Shown: positions 45,991 to 58,904 of the stretch, one piece after another
Layout: the number at the start of each line of letters is the position of its first letter
Position numbering within the stretch: the stretch's first letter is position 1
Origin: Lama guanicoe
Lineage: Eukaryota
Direction of reading: 5' to 3'
NCBI GenBank assembly: GCA_013239625.1
Contig: MU053934.1
Span: 11,573,003 to 11,633,002, forward strand
DNA length: 60,000 bases
Notes under the pieces: model-generated
Told to the model about the DNA's origin: nothing
The model's input: only the letters and a program-made list of their open reading frames with translations
Database searches by the model: none
Translations under genes and position numbers: made by a program

Positions 45991-48900
45991 TCTCTACTTA
46001 TAGCCGTGGCTGCATCTTCACACGTGTGTATGTGTGTATGTGTCTGTGTATAACGTGTCTTTCAACATTTGAGGACTATGAGTAAACATTTGTATTTCTC
46101 CTTGTTAAGTCCTTCAAAATTTGCTTTGCATTAAAAAACCAGAAAGTTTTTTAGGACAAAGGACAGGACAGAGCACAGCCTCACACTAATCTTGAGAAAA
46201 CATGTGGGGTGAAGGGAGTACTGCAGACCCACCAAACCCACGCACCGGCCTGAGCCTTCCAAGGAGGGGCCCCCACACCGTCTCAGCTCTGACCCCCGCC
46301 CTGGGAGCTCGGCCCGTGGGTTCCGGCTGACTCTCCAGGATTCCACGAAGCGTCTTCCCGCCCGTTCCCCTTCCCTCAGCAGAAGGCTGTCAGGAACGCG
46401 GCAGTGAAGTGGTGACTCGTCTGGGACTCTCCCCCGCGCCTGGCGGCCCCTCCTGCGTCTGACAGCTGAGCACATGGCCAGACAGCACACACCACTAAAA
46501 ATAATTTAATTTCGTCTTCCTGGGACATTTCAGGAATGTGCTAACTTCCTTGGAATGGAGGCCACATGTCTAGTGTGTCGTGCTGCGTCTCCGTGAGAAA
46601 AAGCGGGGCCTCAGAAAGGGGGGCGTGCTGGCTTACACAGCATCTGCCCCCCAGGGAGGGCCCCTGTCCCACTGCACCCATTTCTGGGGAGCCCCACGTG
46701 ACACCACGTGCCCACCCGAAGCTCCCTTCTCCTGCTTCCTCTGGGTGGGGGTCCCGGCACAGAGACTCCCCAAAGGCAGGGGAGGAGACAGGGGCCAGGT
46801 CCTCCATCACTGCACTGGGCCCTGACTTCGCAGACCGCCCCACCCCGCCTGTCCAGCCCTTGGTCCCGCCCTCCTCCTCCCAGCTCCACTGCCCTCCACC
46901 CTGTGCTGAGCCAGGATCCAGGGTCAGGGGCGTCCCAAGACCACCCCCACTCATCCAGGCTGCAAGCTCGGAGATCGGACCAGACTTTCTTCTCTCGGCC
47001 CCAACTTCTGATGGTTCAGATCAAACCAGGACCCTCGTAGGTGGAGGACAAGCTGGGGGTCGGCCTCGGAAAGACGGCCTCCCCTGGGAGGGAGGCCAGG
47101 CATATGCAGGCTCTGAGAGAGAAAGACGCTGCAGCCTCACTGAACACGCACAGACAGGGACTCAGCTCCCTCTGGGCCAGGCGGTCCATGAACCCGCGCC
47201 AGCTGGCATCCTCCAAGCTCCTTTGTCCCTGAGCCCCATGTGGGCCTGGGTCCAGCTGGTCCCCGAGGTCAGGGAGCAGTTCCCCACTCGCCTCCCGGTG
47301 ACAAAGCCCAGAGAGACTGTACCTTCCCATCAAGACAACAGCCTCTGCTCTGAGGGGCCGAAGTGTTTGGTTTCTGCCGGGACCCCGGGCAGGGGGCACG
47401 GGCTGGGGGGCCACCAGCTAAGTGCTGATGGGGAGATGGGCCTCCTGTGGGCACTGGGGGTCACCACATCAGGGAAAGGACTCTGTTATGCTTCAGCTGC
47501 TTGGTAAATTATTTAAAAATTAGCCTTCCATTTCAAAAGTGGTCTGAAGTGATAAGCTCAGTGGGGGACGATGCCACCACATGTTTTCCTGTTAAAAACC
47601 CTGATGTTAAAAAAAGGAAAAGAAGCCGTCATATCTTTACAGAGAGCTGAAGTGGTCTGACCGGGTCTCTGGAGTAATCTGCTTAAAAGGTTTTCCATAA
47701 TTTTGGACTTTCATTTGCTATTCGTTTGAGTCACTTTGGAAGCTCAGCATGGTCTTGGGTTTGGGGATTTTATGAGTTTGCTTAATGCCCATCGTCTGAG
47801 CGTTTCCATCCATTAACTGGGCCAAGTCCAGGGGCCACAGTGGCCCATTAGCTACCCCCTACAGCTTCGTCGTGGCCGCAGGCGCTGCCCCCGGCCCCGC
47901 CTTCCCCCCCCAACCCCGAGAGCCTCCTGCTCACTTCCAGCTCACTCTCCTGGAAAGCACCATCTCTCATGGTCTTTCGCCCTCCCACCTGCCTCGGGGG
48001 TCAGGCTCTCACCAGCTCCCAATGCCCCTCTGCCCCGGGGCTCCTGTTGGGTCCCCGCTGTCCATGACCCTGGTGTCCTGTGGGCTTCCTGCCACCTTCG
48101 CTGTGGGATGAAGCACAGAGCACTGGGGAGTTGTGCCTGGTCCTCTCGGCCCTCGGGGGCTCTGGAGGGGTGGTGGTGTGCGGGCAGGAAGCCTCTGCCA
48201 TCTGGTTGAGCCCCTGGGCCCCTGAGCCCCTGGCTGGGCATTTCTGCAGGAGGTAGGCAGCTGAGAGGTTGGCAGGATCAGGGAGTGGTGGCCTCGATTC
48301 TGAACATCATATCTGGGACACTTGGAGATGGGACCGGAACACCTTGGTCCTCCCAGAGGAATTCCCACCCCTCCTCCAGGGCCGCACCCGCCCGGGGACC
48401 GTGTGCTCCTGCCTTCAGCATCCCGCGGCTGGGGCCAGGCAACCGGGGCCTGCCCCGTACAGCTCAGAGCCGTCGACAGTATCCCCACACGTTGTCCCTC
48501 TGCTGCTCACCCTGCCCGGCCAGCCGCGCCCTTCACGCGGAAACCCCAACAAAGGCCGTTGGGAGGTGTGGGCAGGAGGGGTGTGGCTCGCCCCGGCCGA
48601 AGCCCAGCAGTGCAACCCCAGCACGCCCGCCGGCGGGGCCAAGCCGCACGCCGGCCAAATGGTTTCCCACAGATGAGCGAGGTCCTTCGTGATCCGCCCT
48701 GGGTCAGCGGTCCCCGGTCCTCTCAGCACAAAGTCAGCACATGAATCAGCTCTCCAGGGCGTTGCCTCCTCCAGCCAAGGGACAGATTAAAAGAAGAAAA
48801 CTACGGGCGGGGAGAAGCCGGGTGCCGCGGCCGCCCCCCACGGAGCCTTTGAAAACAGAACCGCTCGGGTTGGCGTTTGTTCCCGCATCAGCAGCAAAAT

Positions 48901-49224
48901 CGGAGACACTAACGGCTCTCAGACACCCCCAGCAGAGGGACAGAGCTGCCTCAGAAGCGCTGCCAGAGCCCCCGGCCCAGCGGTGGGCGGGTTCAGGAGG
49001 AGGGGTCTCCGGCACCTGCAGTCCTGTAGGACGCCGCCAGCTTCTCTCCCCGGGGAGCAGCGAGGCCCACGGGGGCGCATTTGCACCGATGGCTTCATTC
49101 CCCCACTTGCGGTGCACGTGCTGGGAGCCGTGCTCCGAGCTGGGAGCGGTGGCGGCGGGGAGCCCGGCTGCCACGCACGAATCGGGCAGTGGACGGACAA
49201 GTGGCCAGGACAGCGGAGAGCGGT

Positions 49225-49556
49225 GCTGTCTCAGGACGCTCTAGCGGCTGAAACCAAATCCTGCAGACCGGGCGGCGGAAACCAGACGTTCATGTCTCAC
49301 GGTCCTGGAGACCAGGGTGCCGGGCGGCTCATGTACGGTGAGAGCTCTTCCCTGGGTGTGGACGCCACCTTCATGCTGTGTCCTCACCTGAGGGGGACGG
49401 GGCCTTCCTCTTCTGCTGAGACACTAATCCCACACAGGCCCCTCTCTCGGCCTCATCCAACCTTGTCACCTCCCCAAGTCCCCGCCTCCTGATGCCACCA
49501 CAAGGGGCCAGGACGTCAACACATGAACTTGTGGGGACACCACAGCCATTGAGACA
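49225..49556 (-). mobile_element. MLT1A0-like MaLR LTR
   Basis: CAGACCGGGCGGC...TCTCACGGTCCTGGAG, GCCACCTTCATGCTGTGTCCTCAC, CACTAATCCC, TCACCTCCCCAAG and TCAACACATGAACTTGTGGGGACAC. Confidence 0.8.
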
Positions 49557-49949
49557 AACATGGCCAGATGGCCCCTTCGCGCACCTAGCCGCATGAGGAA
49601 TGAACAGGCCCAGGCGGGAGGGCCAGCATGGGGCGGGGGGCCCAGGTGGTCGACGGCTCCCTGCCTGGGGCTCAGGGCATTGACCCAGGGGTCAGGGTGG
49701 GACCAAACCTTGTCCTGATGTCGTTTCTGGAGCTCACAGCCAGACACGAGGCCCTGCCCACTGGCTGTGTCCCCAGAATGCAGGCCTCCTCTCCAAGGCT
49801 CTGTGGCCCCTCCTGTGAGTGACACAGACACAGAAATGGGCTGGTTAAGGGGCTCCTCCGGGGGGGAAGGGAGGGGCAGCCTCAGCCTCTCAGCTCGGGG
49901 GACCCTGGGGACCCGGGCAGGATCTCTGTTCTACGAAGCCTGTTACACA

Positions 49950-50085
49950 CTGGGACTGAATAACATCCCTCCAGACGCGGGTCAGCCAGCACCCGGATCT
50001 CAGACGTCCCCAGAGCATGAGTAATAAAGTGCTGCTGTCTGTAAGCCGCCCGGTCTGCAGGGTTTTGTCACAGCCGCACCCCCAC
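49950..50085 (+). mobile_element. MLT1-type LTR fragment (internally deleted)
   Basis: CTGAATAACATCCCTCCA...ATCTCAGACGTCCCCAGAGCATGAGTAATAAAGTGCTGCTGTCTGTAAGCCGCCCGGTCTG...TTTGTCACAGC. Confidence 0.65.
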
Positions 50086-50562
50086 CCCCGACGGAAGGGA
50101 AGGTCCCTGACCTTTCCTACGTGTGCCTTCTCAGGACGTTGGGCGCATGGCCCCATGTATCCTGCAGGGTTCGTGGGTCCTCGGAGTGGCCTGAGCGCCC
50201 TCCCCTCTGGGCTGGGTGCCACCCCGGTTCTGTCGGTTCCGCCCCACTGGAACCTCCCGATGCCCGTGATTCAGACTCCTGCTGTCCCCTGATGCAGGGG
50301 CCCAGAGACACAGGGCGTCGAGCAGCTGAGCGCAGGGCTGAGGTGGTTCCCATGCCTGACAGGCCTGAGCTGCCCTCCTGTGCGGCGTCACCCTGGGACC
50401 ACCTGAGCGGCAGGGGGAGGGCAGAGCCCACGTCCCACCCCAGTCCACAGGCTGGGCCATGAGTGAACGGAGACCCGCAGCCAGTGTGGTAACTCGACAG
50501 GTCACTAGCAGCTCCACCTCAGTCCCTTCTGCTGGGGACTCAATCCATCCCCCCAGGAGATC

Positions 50563-50602
50563 TGACCTTGAGCCCTGGGGTCTGACCTCTGACCCCTGAC
50601 CT
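50563..50602 (-). promoter_or_regulatory. Candidate nuclear-receptor response element cluster (ERR/SF-1 site plus three half-sites in DR1 spacing)
   Basis: TGACCTTGA at 50563-50571 and TGACCT-C-TGACCC-C-TGACCT at 50583-50602. Confidence 0.4.
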
Positions 50603-50908
50603 CCCTTTTGAGGAGCAAAGATTCAGTGGCAGCAGCTGTCAGACCGCTGTCCCCCAGACGTCCTGCTCCTTCTGAACTGCTGAGCTGCAGGGAGGTCCCA
50701 GGCCTGATGGTGAGGGGAGGTGACCAGCTGCTGGGACAGGGCAGCAGGCTCTGCTCTCCTGTTGCCTATAGGCCTTTAGTCTGAGGATGGGCTGAGCCCT
50801 CCTCTGGGCGTCTGTGGTCCTGGGGGAGCTCTGAGTGGCCCATCTCAGGACCCCAGCCTGTCTGCCTCGGACACTCCCAACCTTTCACCCCATCATCTCT
50901 GTGCATCC

Positions 50909-51546
50909 TGTTACAAAATTCAGGTCTGGCTGCTCAACACTCAAAAGCCAATACTTGAGAGACAAGAGTTGGGAGGAAAGAAAAGGTTGCTTCACTCCAG
51001 AGGCCAGCAACCAGGGGAGAAGGCAGACACGTGTCCCAAAGCCAACGCCCCACTGCCAATTGCGGTCAAGTCTTTAAAGCAGAATTTGAGGGGCGTAAAG
51101 GTGGAGGGAGGCGCTATGTGCAGAGCAGCAGTCAGCTCATGCGATGGTCTGGTCAGCATCATCCTCATGCAGCTGGTCTTCAGCTCCAGGGCAGCTTGTC
51201 CCCCTGTCCCTGGGGCCAGTTCGGGGAACTGTGGCAGCTTCTGTCCCGGCTCCAGTCTGGTCATCACGTAGTTAACTTCTCTCTCCTGGCGGGGGTTTAG
51301 TACCTACAAGACTCAAAGCACACAGCTCAGAATTTGATTTGAGGAGGAACCAGAGGTCCTTGACTTTGTTTAACAGCTAAATAACTATCGTTTTGTCTTG
51401 TTTGACCATTTTCCTTTTTTCCTGCATTTTCTCACTGCTCTGATTAAACGTATTCTTTGGCTAGAGTTTTCCTGCAGACAAGCGGCAGGCAGAGGATGTG
51501 GGGGGGGGTCCGTCCAGGGACACCCCACGGGGCCCTGCTCCGCACA
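50909..51546 (-). mobile_element. ERV1-type solo LTR (MER34-like), related to 42073-42683 and in opposite orientation
   Basis: Starts TGTTACAAAATTCAGGTC. GTCCTTGACTTTG...TTTTGTCTTGTTTGACCATTTTCCT...CTGCATTTTCTCAC...TCTGAT is the reverse complement of the corresponding segment of the 42 kb LTR. Ends GGCCCTGCTCCGCACA. Confidence 0.8.
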
Positions 51547-52098
51547 GCCTCTGTGGCCACACTGGAGGTTTGGCCCAGTGACCAGGTGTGTCCATGTGTC
51601 TGAGCCCACGTAACCCTCAGCTGACACCGCCTCCCACAGTTAAGGGCGGCGGCTGACCCTCATCTCACCTCCCGTCCAGTGTTCTACCTAGAAAATAAAA
51701 TCACACGTGGAAAAAAGTTTTTAATTAACAGTCTTCACTGGTCCCAAAACCAGTGGCCCTGCTTAGGGCTCAGTCTGAAACGCATTATGATGCTTATTGC
51801 TGTAATCAGCATCACTGTGATGGACAAAACAGGACCCCCACCAAGCATGAGCATTTTGTCACGTGCTTAATCTCTGAACCTTATTTCATTCTGTTCTGCA
51901 GGAGAGTCTGGGAAGAGACCCGGGAGAGACGTCACCAGGCAGGGTCCTCGCCAGCTTCTCCTCTGCCGGCACCGTCGTCCCACGTCCCAGCCCGCAGGCA
52001 CCTTCGCTTCCTTCAAAAAAAGGCAAATGGACGACCTCTCTCGTCCCAGATTCTTTCCAGATACTAGTGCATCTGTTGGCTCAGACACAGCAGGGGAT

Positions 52099-52130
52099 GG
52101 CGGGGACACGGCGGGGACACGGCGGGGACA
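52099..52130. repeat. 11-bp tandem repeat GGCGGGGACAC x3
   Basis: Read directly. Confidence 0.9.
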
Positions 52131-54429
52131 GACTGGGCCCCTGGTCACCCTGCCTGCTCCTGGACGCGGGAGGCAGCTCAGTCACAAGACGCTGCGCGTC
52201 TTCTGAGTGGCGCCCCAAGCTCACTTACACTTTTGCCAGCCTGTAAACCCAACCACAAAATGCGAATTTCATTTATTATCTAAACCCCTCTTACTTCCAG
52301 AAACAGACCCCTTGTGCCTTAAAGGGCAGAAGTTCTTGGAACAGTCAAAACAAAAAGATAAGGGCCAAGACTGAGCGGGCGGGAGTGCGTGGTGGGAGGC
52401 GGGGCCCAGAGGAACACGCCTGAAGTTGGAGGCAGCGAGCGTCTCTGCGTCCCCAAGGAACAGACGCTCAGCGTAGGAGCCGCCAGCACGCCGCCGGGGC
52501 CAGGGCTGCGGGCGGGCGGCAGGGAAGGCGGGCCGCTCAGAGGGAGTCCCTCGCCGCCCAGGCTCTGGTGCTCGGGCCGCTCAGCGTCTCAAGAAACGGC
52601 ATGTCCTGCAGAGCCCATTGGGATGCGGGGCCCTGACAGTGCCGAAGGGGCGGCTTTGCCTTTGGACGTGACTCTGCCCAGCACAGATGTAAGAAATGGG
52701 GATAATGAGGCATCTCTTAATAGAAATCAGGATTTCAAGCCAAGGGTGTTTATTGGGAATCAAAGATGGACTGAGAAGTGAGCTGGAGTCAGGGAAGTGA
52801 GACAGAGCAGGCCTCCGGGCCCAAAGCCCCCGCAAAAGGGAGCCAGACCATCTCAGTTAAATTGCTCAGAAAAGGATGTGGGGGCTCAAAGTCACCTGGT
52901 TCTAGTTTTAACCAGACAGACGGGGCCCCTGAAACTTGCAAAGACGCAAAATTCTTGGGCTTGCCTGAGGGTTGAGGAAACACCGCTCAGGCCCAGTGTG
53001 CGCCCGGACAACGGCCCTCCGATTGGCTATAAACCCTGCTGAAGTGGTTTTGATGCCTCGCAGGGTGGTTAATTCTTGCCTTCACTGGGAGGCAGGGCGG
53101 GGGTCTCCCTCATGTGTTTCCAACAGTTCGTGGTACGTGGGGCACCTCCCAGCCACACAGCGAGATGACCCAGAATGAGGGAGGGGCAGCCCTGCCTGAG
53201 GGGAGGCGGCATCTGTCAGGCCCCCTTGTCCCCCCATGACTGAGCCCCCGCCCGGCCCCTCGTGCTCACTAAATCCGGCCCCTTTCTGAAGGACTCGTCC
53301 CTGTCCACCCGTCAGCCAGCTCCATGTGCAGCTGGAGGTCTCCAGGCCCTGAGCTCCACCTGCGAATCAGAGCCACACCAGGGGCCCTGGGTCTCTGCGC
53401 TGCCTGGCCCCGATCACAGACCAAACCCCCATTTACACATGGCCAGGCCGCCCCCCGGTGCTGGAGCGCAGCCACCCACAGCGCACGGCCCCCCATCCCC
53501 ACGGCCACAGCGTGCGGGCCAGCACAGACGCGCCGGGTCCCTTCTCCTGCGGAGGACTCAGGGCCGGGCTCTCCACTGCAGCCCACCTGGCGGCTGTTCG
53601 GGCCTGGCTGGATCTGGTTCCTGTCGACCGGGAGCTGGTGGGACCCAGACAGCATGGCTTTCTGACCCCAAAAGGGAGCCTGAAGTCTAGCACTGCGACC
53701 TCACCAGCTGCTGGCCAGACTATCACACACAGCAGCTCAGGACGTGGTGGATGGACTGAGATCCGAGCACGGCTGAAGAACGGGATCTGAGTCCAACAGC
53801 ATGCGGGGGGTGGAGGGGTCCCCCACTGGCTCCTAAGGAAGGGGAGTCCCTCTGAACACAGCTGGGACAGGCTGGCGGGACCCAGGGACACCCGGGGAGG
53901 GCTACGGACTTCGGTGACCTGACGGCCCATGACACGGAGACCCCAGGATGCATGACGAGAGGAGCCCAGACAGCTGGGAGTAGGTACGGTGACAAGCCCT
54001 CTGGCCAGGAAGGACTGTGGTGCACGCGCTTTGCTGGCCGGCTGGCTGGTCCGGCTGGGGCGAGCTGGCTGGCACCACAGGGCTGACATTGAAGGGTGAC
54101 CTCTGCTTCCTGCAAAGGAACCCAATGCCCTTGACTCGGGCAGGCCAGCTTCACTCCCAGACATCTCCTGCCATCAGACCCGGGATGCAGGCACTGGCCA
54201 GGGCTGTGGGGACCTCGCTGAGCGAGGCATCTGTGGTGCAGCCCTACCGAGGGGACAATGCTACCAGCACACGTACTTCTGTCCAGAATCTCAGCCTGAA
54301 GAATTGGCCCTGAAGACACGCCCACCACAAGGAATCCAGGCTGCTCATCACACCCCGGTCTGTGCGAGTGAGACCTGGGGGCGTCCGGTGTCTCAGAGCG
54401 GGCGGGGGGTGAGCAGCCAGCCAGAGAGC

Positions 54430-54561
54430 TGTGTGCACACACTCACAGCCACATATCACACACCACACACCACGTACACACACCAGGTACAGAGCCCCAC
54501 AACCGTACACACACAACCACACCACACACTCACAGCCACATGCCACACAGCACGTGTACAC
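54430..54561. repeat. Degenerate CA-rich low-complexity repeat
   Basis: CACACACTCACAGCCACAT occurs twice among CA runs. Confidence 0.8.
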
Positions 54562-57500
54562 GGGGAGGAAGGATGGGAGGAGGGGAGGGAGGGGGTGGGG
54601 GAGGGAAGCAGGCAGCCTCTCTCCCCTGAAGAGCACACGGGGGGTGATTTCTGCTGTTCTAATTGCAAAGCTGTGCAGCCCTGGGCAGAGGGGTCCCCAG
54701 CTCTGCTGGCGGGCGCCGCGGGGAGGAAGGTGCCTCCGTGGCTGGACTTCCGGGGCCCCGAGGGACGCAGGGCGGCTGTGATCGTGGCCTGAACCAGGCC
54801 CACCGTCCGCTCCCGGCTCCCGTGTGCTGGGGAGGAGTCTTTGGAGCCGCGAGTCTCACTGCCCTGGCGGGACAGCCAGCTTCTCACCCACGTGCGGTGC
54901 ATGGAAGGGGGTGGCCGCGGAGAGGGGACACGAGGAGGGGCTCAGGTGGGCCCCACATCACGCAGGATGGGACACGCGGGAGACGTGCGGTTTCTGAGGA
55001 CAGCACAGACGCCGGCCTGCAGGCGGCCGGCCGGAAAGTGCCGGGGAAGGAGCGGTCTAGACCAGAAAGCCCCCATCCAGAGTGGAGACGCGTTCCTTTT
55101 CCTTTGTTGAAAAAGGGACACACCACAGCCAACTGTCAGGGCTGGGACAGCAGACCTGGTGTGTGTCCCCAGAGCTCCCAGACCGGACCCGCTGATGAGA
55201 CCGGAGCCCACTTAGGAACAGGCCACACACAGAGCAGAAACCGGGGCTGGGAAGCCTGCTCCCGCCCGGCCACGGCCAGCCCGGCTGCTTCACTGGGTCT
55301 GTGCGTCCCCCGGCGCCCTGCTCGGTAAGCAGGCGACATTGTAAACAGCAGCATTAACTCGTTAGCCGGAGGCCAGGAGTCCCACAACTGCAGACACAGA
55401 GATGACATGTGGCGTCCAGCAGAGAGGCCATCTGGCTTGTCGCAGGTGTCCGGGCCACCTCTGCTCTGATGGCCTCACTCGCCCGGCCCTCCGGGAACCA
55501 AGCAGCTGCGGCCACTCCACCTTGTCAGCACGTCCGTCGCCCGGAACCCCTGCGGCCCGGGCCAGACGGGGCACCGCCGCCAGCCAGCACCTCGCCGCGC
55601 TGCTTTCTCTGAAGAAGCAGCCTCCCCATCGAGCGCCCTTCCCGACAAGATTTGCCCGGCGATCTCCGTGAGAAACGTCTGAGCCGTTCTCTGCAAATTC
55701 GTGTTTTTTCTCTTACACTGATGCAGAGCGTTCTTGCCAGGGCGCATCTTCTGGGACCTCAAGGGAAACCAGCACAACAGCACAGTTTCCCCGGGGTGGT
55801 GGACACTCCAGCCCCGAACCCCCTGCTGTCCCGGGTCCTCTCTTGTTTGCCGGGCAGTGCCCTTGTGTCCTCGGGGCCTCACCCCCAGCCCCGTCTCTGG
55901 GCTGAGGGCTCAGTCTCCTGGAGAGCCAGACGCCGTCACTGACCAGCCCCCCGCTTCCCTCCAGCCCCAGAAGGAAGCCTGGACGTGGACTGTTGTCTCA
56001 GCCACTCTGCACTCGACATTTTAGTAAAAAGCTGGTGGGGGAGGGAGGTCCTCGTGTGCAAAGAGGCCCCCACATGAGCGGCGCCTCTGACCAGGGCAGG
56101 GCTGAGCCTGCCCCAGGGCTCTCTGGTTCCTGGCCGGGCGCCGGCTTGGCTGGGTGGTCTCGCCCAAACCACTGCCCCGTCTGGCGGCCTCACCCAGCCC
56201 CCTGCCCTGGTGTCTCCATCAGTCCCCCTCCTTTATCCATGTCTGTTTCCTTGGGGCCCCTTCCTAGCACACCTGCCCCAAACTGACCGGGCACGACAGC
56301 CTTGGCCGCCCACACCCATGCCCTGCAGGCCACCGGCAGCCCAAGAGCCCGCACAGACCCCACGTTTCCTGTAAGTCACTGGGCGTCGGGAAAGGACAGT
56401 CAGCGTGGTGACCTCGCCCTCCCCAGGCACTGACCCCGTCCCAGGCGTCTGTGACGTGATGGCTTCTGCAGGGGTCAGGACTGTGAGCCCCACGACCTGG
56501 AGGCGAGGAGGACAGGACAGAGGACCAGGAGCCTCCGGTCCCCCCTGCCCCGCGGCCAGAGGGAGAGGGTTGGAGCCGTCTCGCCCCAGGCTGAGGCGCC
56601 CCAGCCCGGCCCCGCGCACCACGCCCGCATTGTGAACACAAGAGGGACCACACACCCGGGCGCCAAGCGGCAGAGAAGGACCCGGAACAGAATCCTTTCA
56701 TTCAAAGGAAGGAAACGTTCTTCGAAGGGCTGAGCAATGGCTCCCAAGAGGTGAGGGAGGCCGGCCGTGCCTCTCCGGAGCGGGGAGCAGGTGGGCCAGG
56801 TGGGGTCCTCAGCCGGCAGCCCCTGGGGAAGTGGCTCCAAACGGACTTGACGTCATGGGTTCTGATCGGGAGATGCAAGTTCGATTCCAAATGGACGTTT
56901 GACTGTGGGGAGGCGGGGTGGAGGCAACTGAAACCCCGGGGAGGGGCCACAGGAGGGACCGAAGCCGCCGCCTGGGGGCTGAGCTCCAGGGGGGGCACAC
57001 GAGGCGGTCCCCCTCCCTCACCTGCGGTGCCCACTCTGCTCCCGGAGGGACCAGGGACCAGATGGCCCACCTTTCCCGTGTCTGCTCACAGAGACCCCTT
57101 CAGCGCACACCTCCGCTCCAGCAAACTGGACTCCGACTGGAATTTGACTTTTTGTTCAGTTTTGTGTTTTCAAAACTCGCTCAAGCACATCCCCACTCCT
57201 CTTCCCCCTGACTCTTTGCCTGTGCTGTTGGCTCTGTCCCGGGCGGCAGGCCTCGGGGGACAGTGTCTCCTGCTGCGTGTGGTCGCGCACAGTCAGGGCG
57301 AGCGTGGCTGCAGGGCTGGAGGCTCTGGGCTTTGATCCCGAAGGTGCAGACTCCAGAGCAAGTGTCCTCATTTGTGGAGAAGCCGTGCTCCCCTGGTCAG
57401 AGGGGACGGATGGGCGTTTGATAGCCTTTGGGGCTGCAGACTGGCCTCACAGAGCTGCATTCCTCTGCCTGCTGCTCCCGTCCCATGAGGAGGACCGTGG

Positions 57501-57984
57501 ATGGGCCCCCCGCAGAGGCTGGGGCTGCCCCAGGGTTTGTCTGTGGGGGGATCCGGTCTCCCCTATGACTGCGGGCTTCGGGGGCCGAGACAGGGTGGGT
57601 GGCAGAGCCCCTGAGCACAGATGCCTGGAGCGAGGGGCAGTGCAGGGCGGGCGACGAGGCGGGAGAGGCGGGCAGCGGTAAGGAGGGAGGCCCGCGTGGG
57701 CGAGGTCCAGGGTCCAGGCGAGGGGGGAGGCTGCCGGAGGGTCGTGAGCAGAGGGAAGTATCACTGAAGTTGCACTTCGTGAAGGAGCACCCTGCTTCCC
57801 ATGGGGCCTGGGGCGAGGGAGGGACGACGAGGAGGCTCGGGAGACGTCCGTGTCCGAGTCCAAGAGGCGCTGTGGCTGGGGTGGGAGCGGGGCAGGAGGA
57901 GACCAGGACCTGGAGCCCCGGGGAGCAGAGATTGCCTGGAGGGCAGAGATGCGTTAACTTCAGACTCCGCAACGTGAATATTGA

Positions 57985-58640
57985 TGACGTTTATTTTAAG
58001 GCTGTGGGTGCCCTGGGAGCATCCCTTTGGCCAAGCGTCGTGTCCCGTGTGTCGTGAGGACGACTAACCGGAAGTGCGGGGCTCTCTGTGCACAAAAGTG
58101 ACCATAACAACGTCTCCTCGGCCAGCGACATGGACAAACACCGCTGATGTCTCTGACTCCGGAGGCCAGATCTCTGTCCGTCCGTCCGTCTGTGGTGGCC
58201 GCTACATTCAGGGTTTGTCTCACTGCGTGTCAGACACGACGATGGCCTGGGCTTGGGCTTGGGTTTGGGTAATCCCTGTGAGCTCTGCGTGCTGGTGCAC
58301 GTTCGTGAGGGCGCTGTCAGCGCTGGACCAGCGCCTGCGCCGACTGTGGGTGGGAAGCCGCGTCTGCGTGTGAACACGGCCCCTCACCTGCTCAGACGTG
58401 TGTACTGGAGAGTCACCCGCGGGACACGCGGCAAGTGTTCACTTCCGCTGCGGGGGTCGTGCTCCGGTGCCGAGGCTTTTACTACAGTTTCATTTATATT
58501 TGTTTTTCCAAGTGGTTTTTACGGTTGTTCTGTGTGTTTTGCTATTTTATGACGTGCCATGTACATTTTTTTTTAAGTTTTATGAAACTCAGATCCTGTC
58601 CCTTGTCCGTGTGGAACATCCTTTTCTTCCTTTTTACTGC
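57985..58640 (-). mobile_element. Highly diverged old L1 fragment
   Basis: GCTGTGGGTGCCCTGGGAGCATCC...CCGGAAGTGCGGGG and CAGTTTCATTTATATTTG...ATCCTGTCCCTTGTCCGTGTGGAACATC resemble the antisense L1M ORF2 3' region. Confidence 0.45.
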
Positions 58641-58904
58641 GTTGCTTGAGCTCAACTTTGTCCGGTCCTAACAGGACCACAAGCTCTGTCACAAGCAGCC
58701 TGCAGGATATAAATTAGCAAACGGTCGCGTGGGCCTCCGGAAGCCGGGCTCCGAGCCCCCCACCCACGAGCCCCCCGGCTGCTTCCCCAGGTGCTGCCCA
58801 GGTTACCCGGCTGCAGAAGCTCCGTGGTTGGGGCAAGTCCCATCGAGTCCCATGTTTCCTGAACCTGCAGGTCACTGACACCTGCTGCCGCCGCCCCAGG
58901 TCCC

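Noticed and set aside
46566..47507. 313-aa plus-strand ORF
   Set aside because: No family similarity and a low-information P/G/S composition. Long ORFs arise by chance at this GC level, and overlapping frames are also open.
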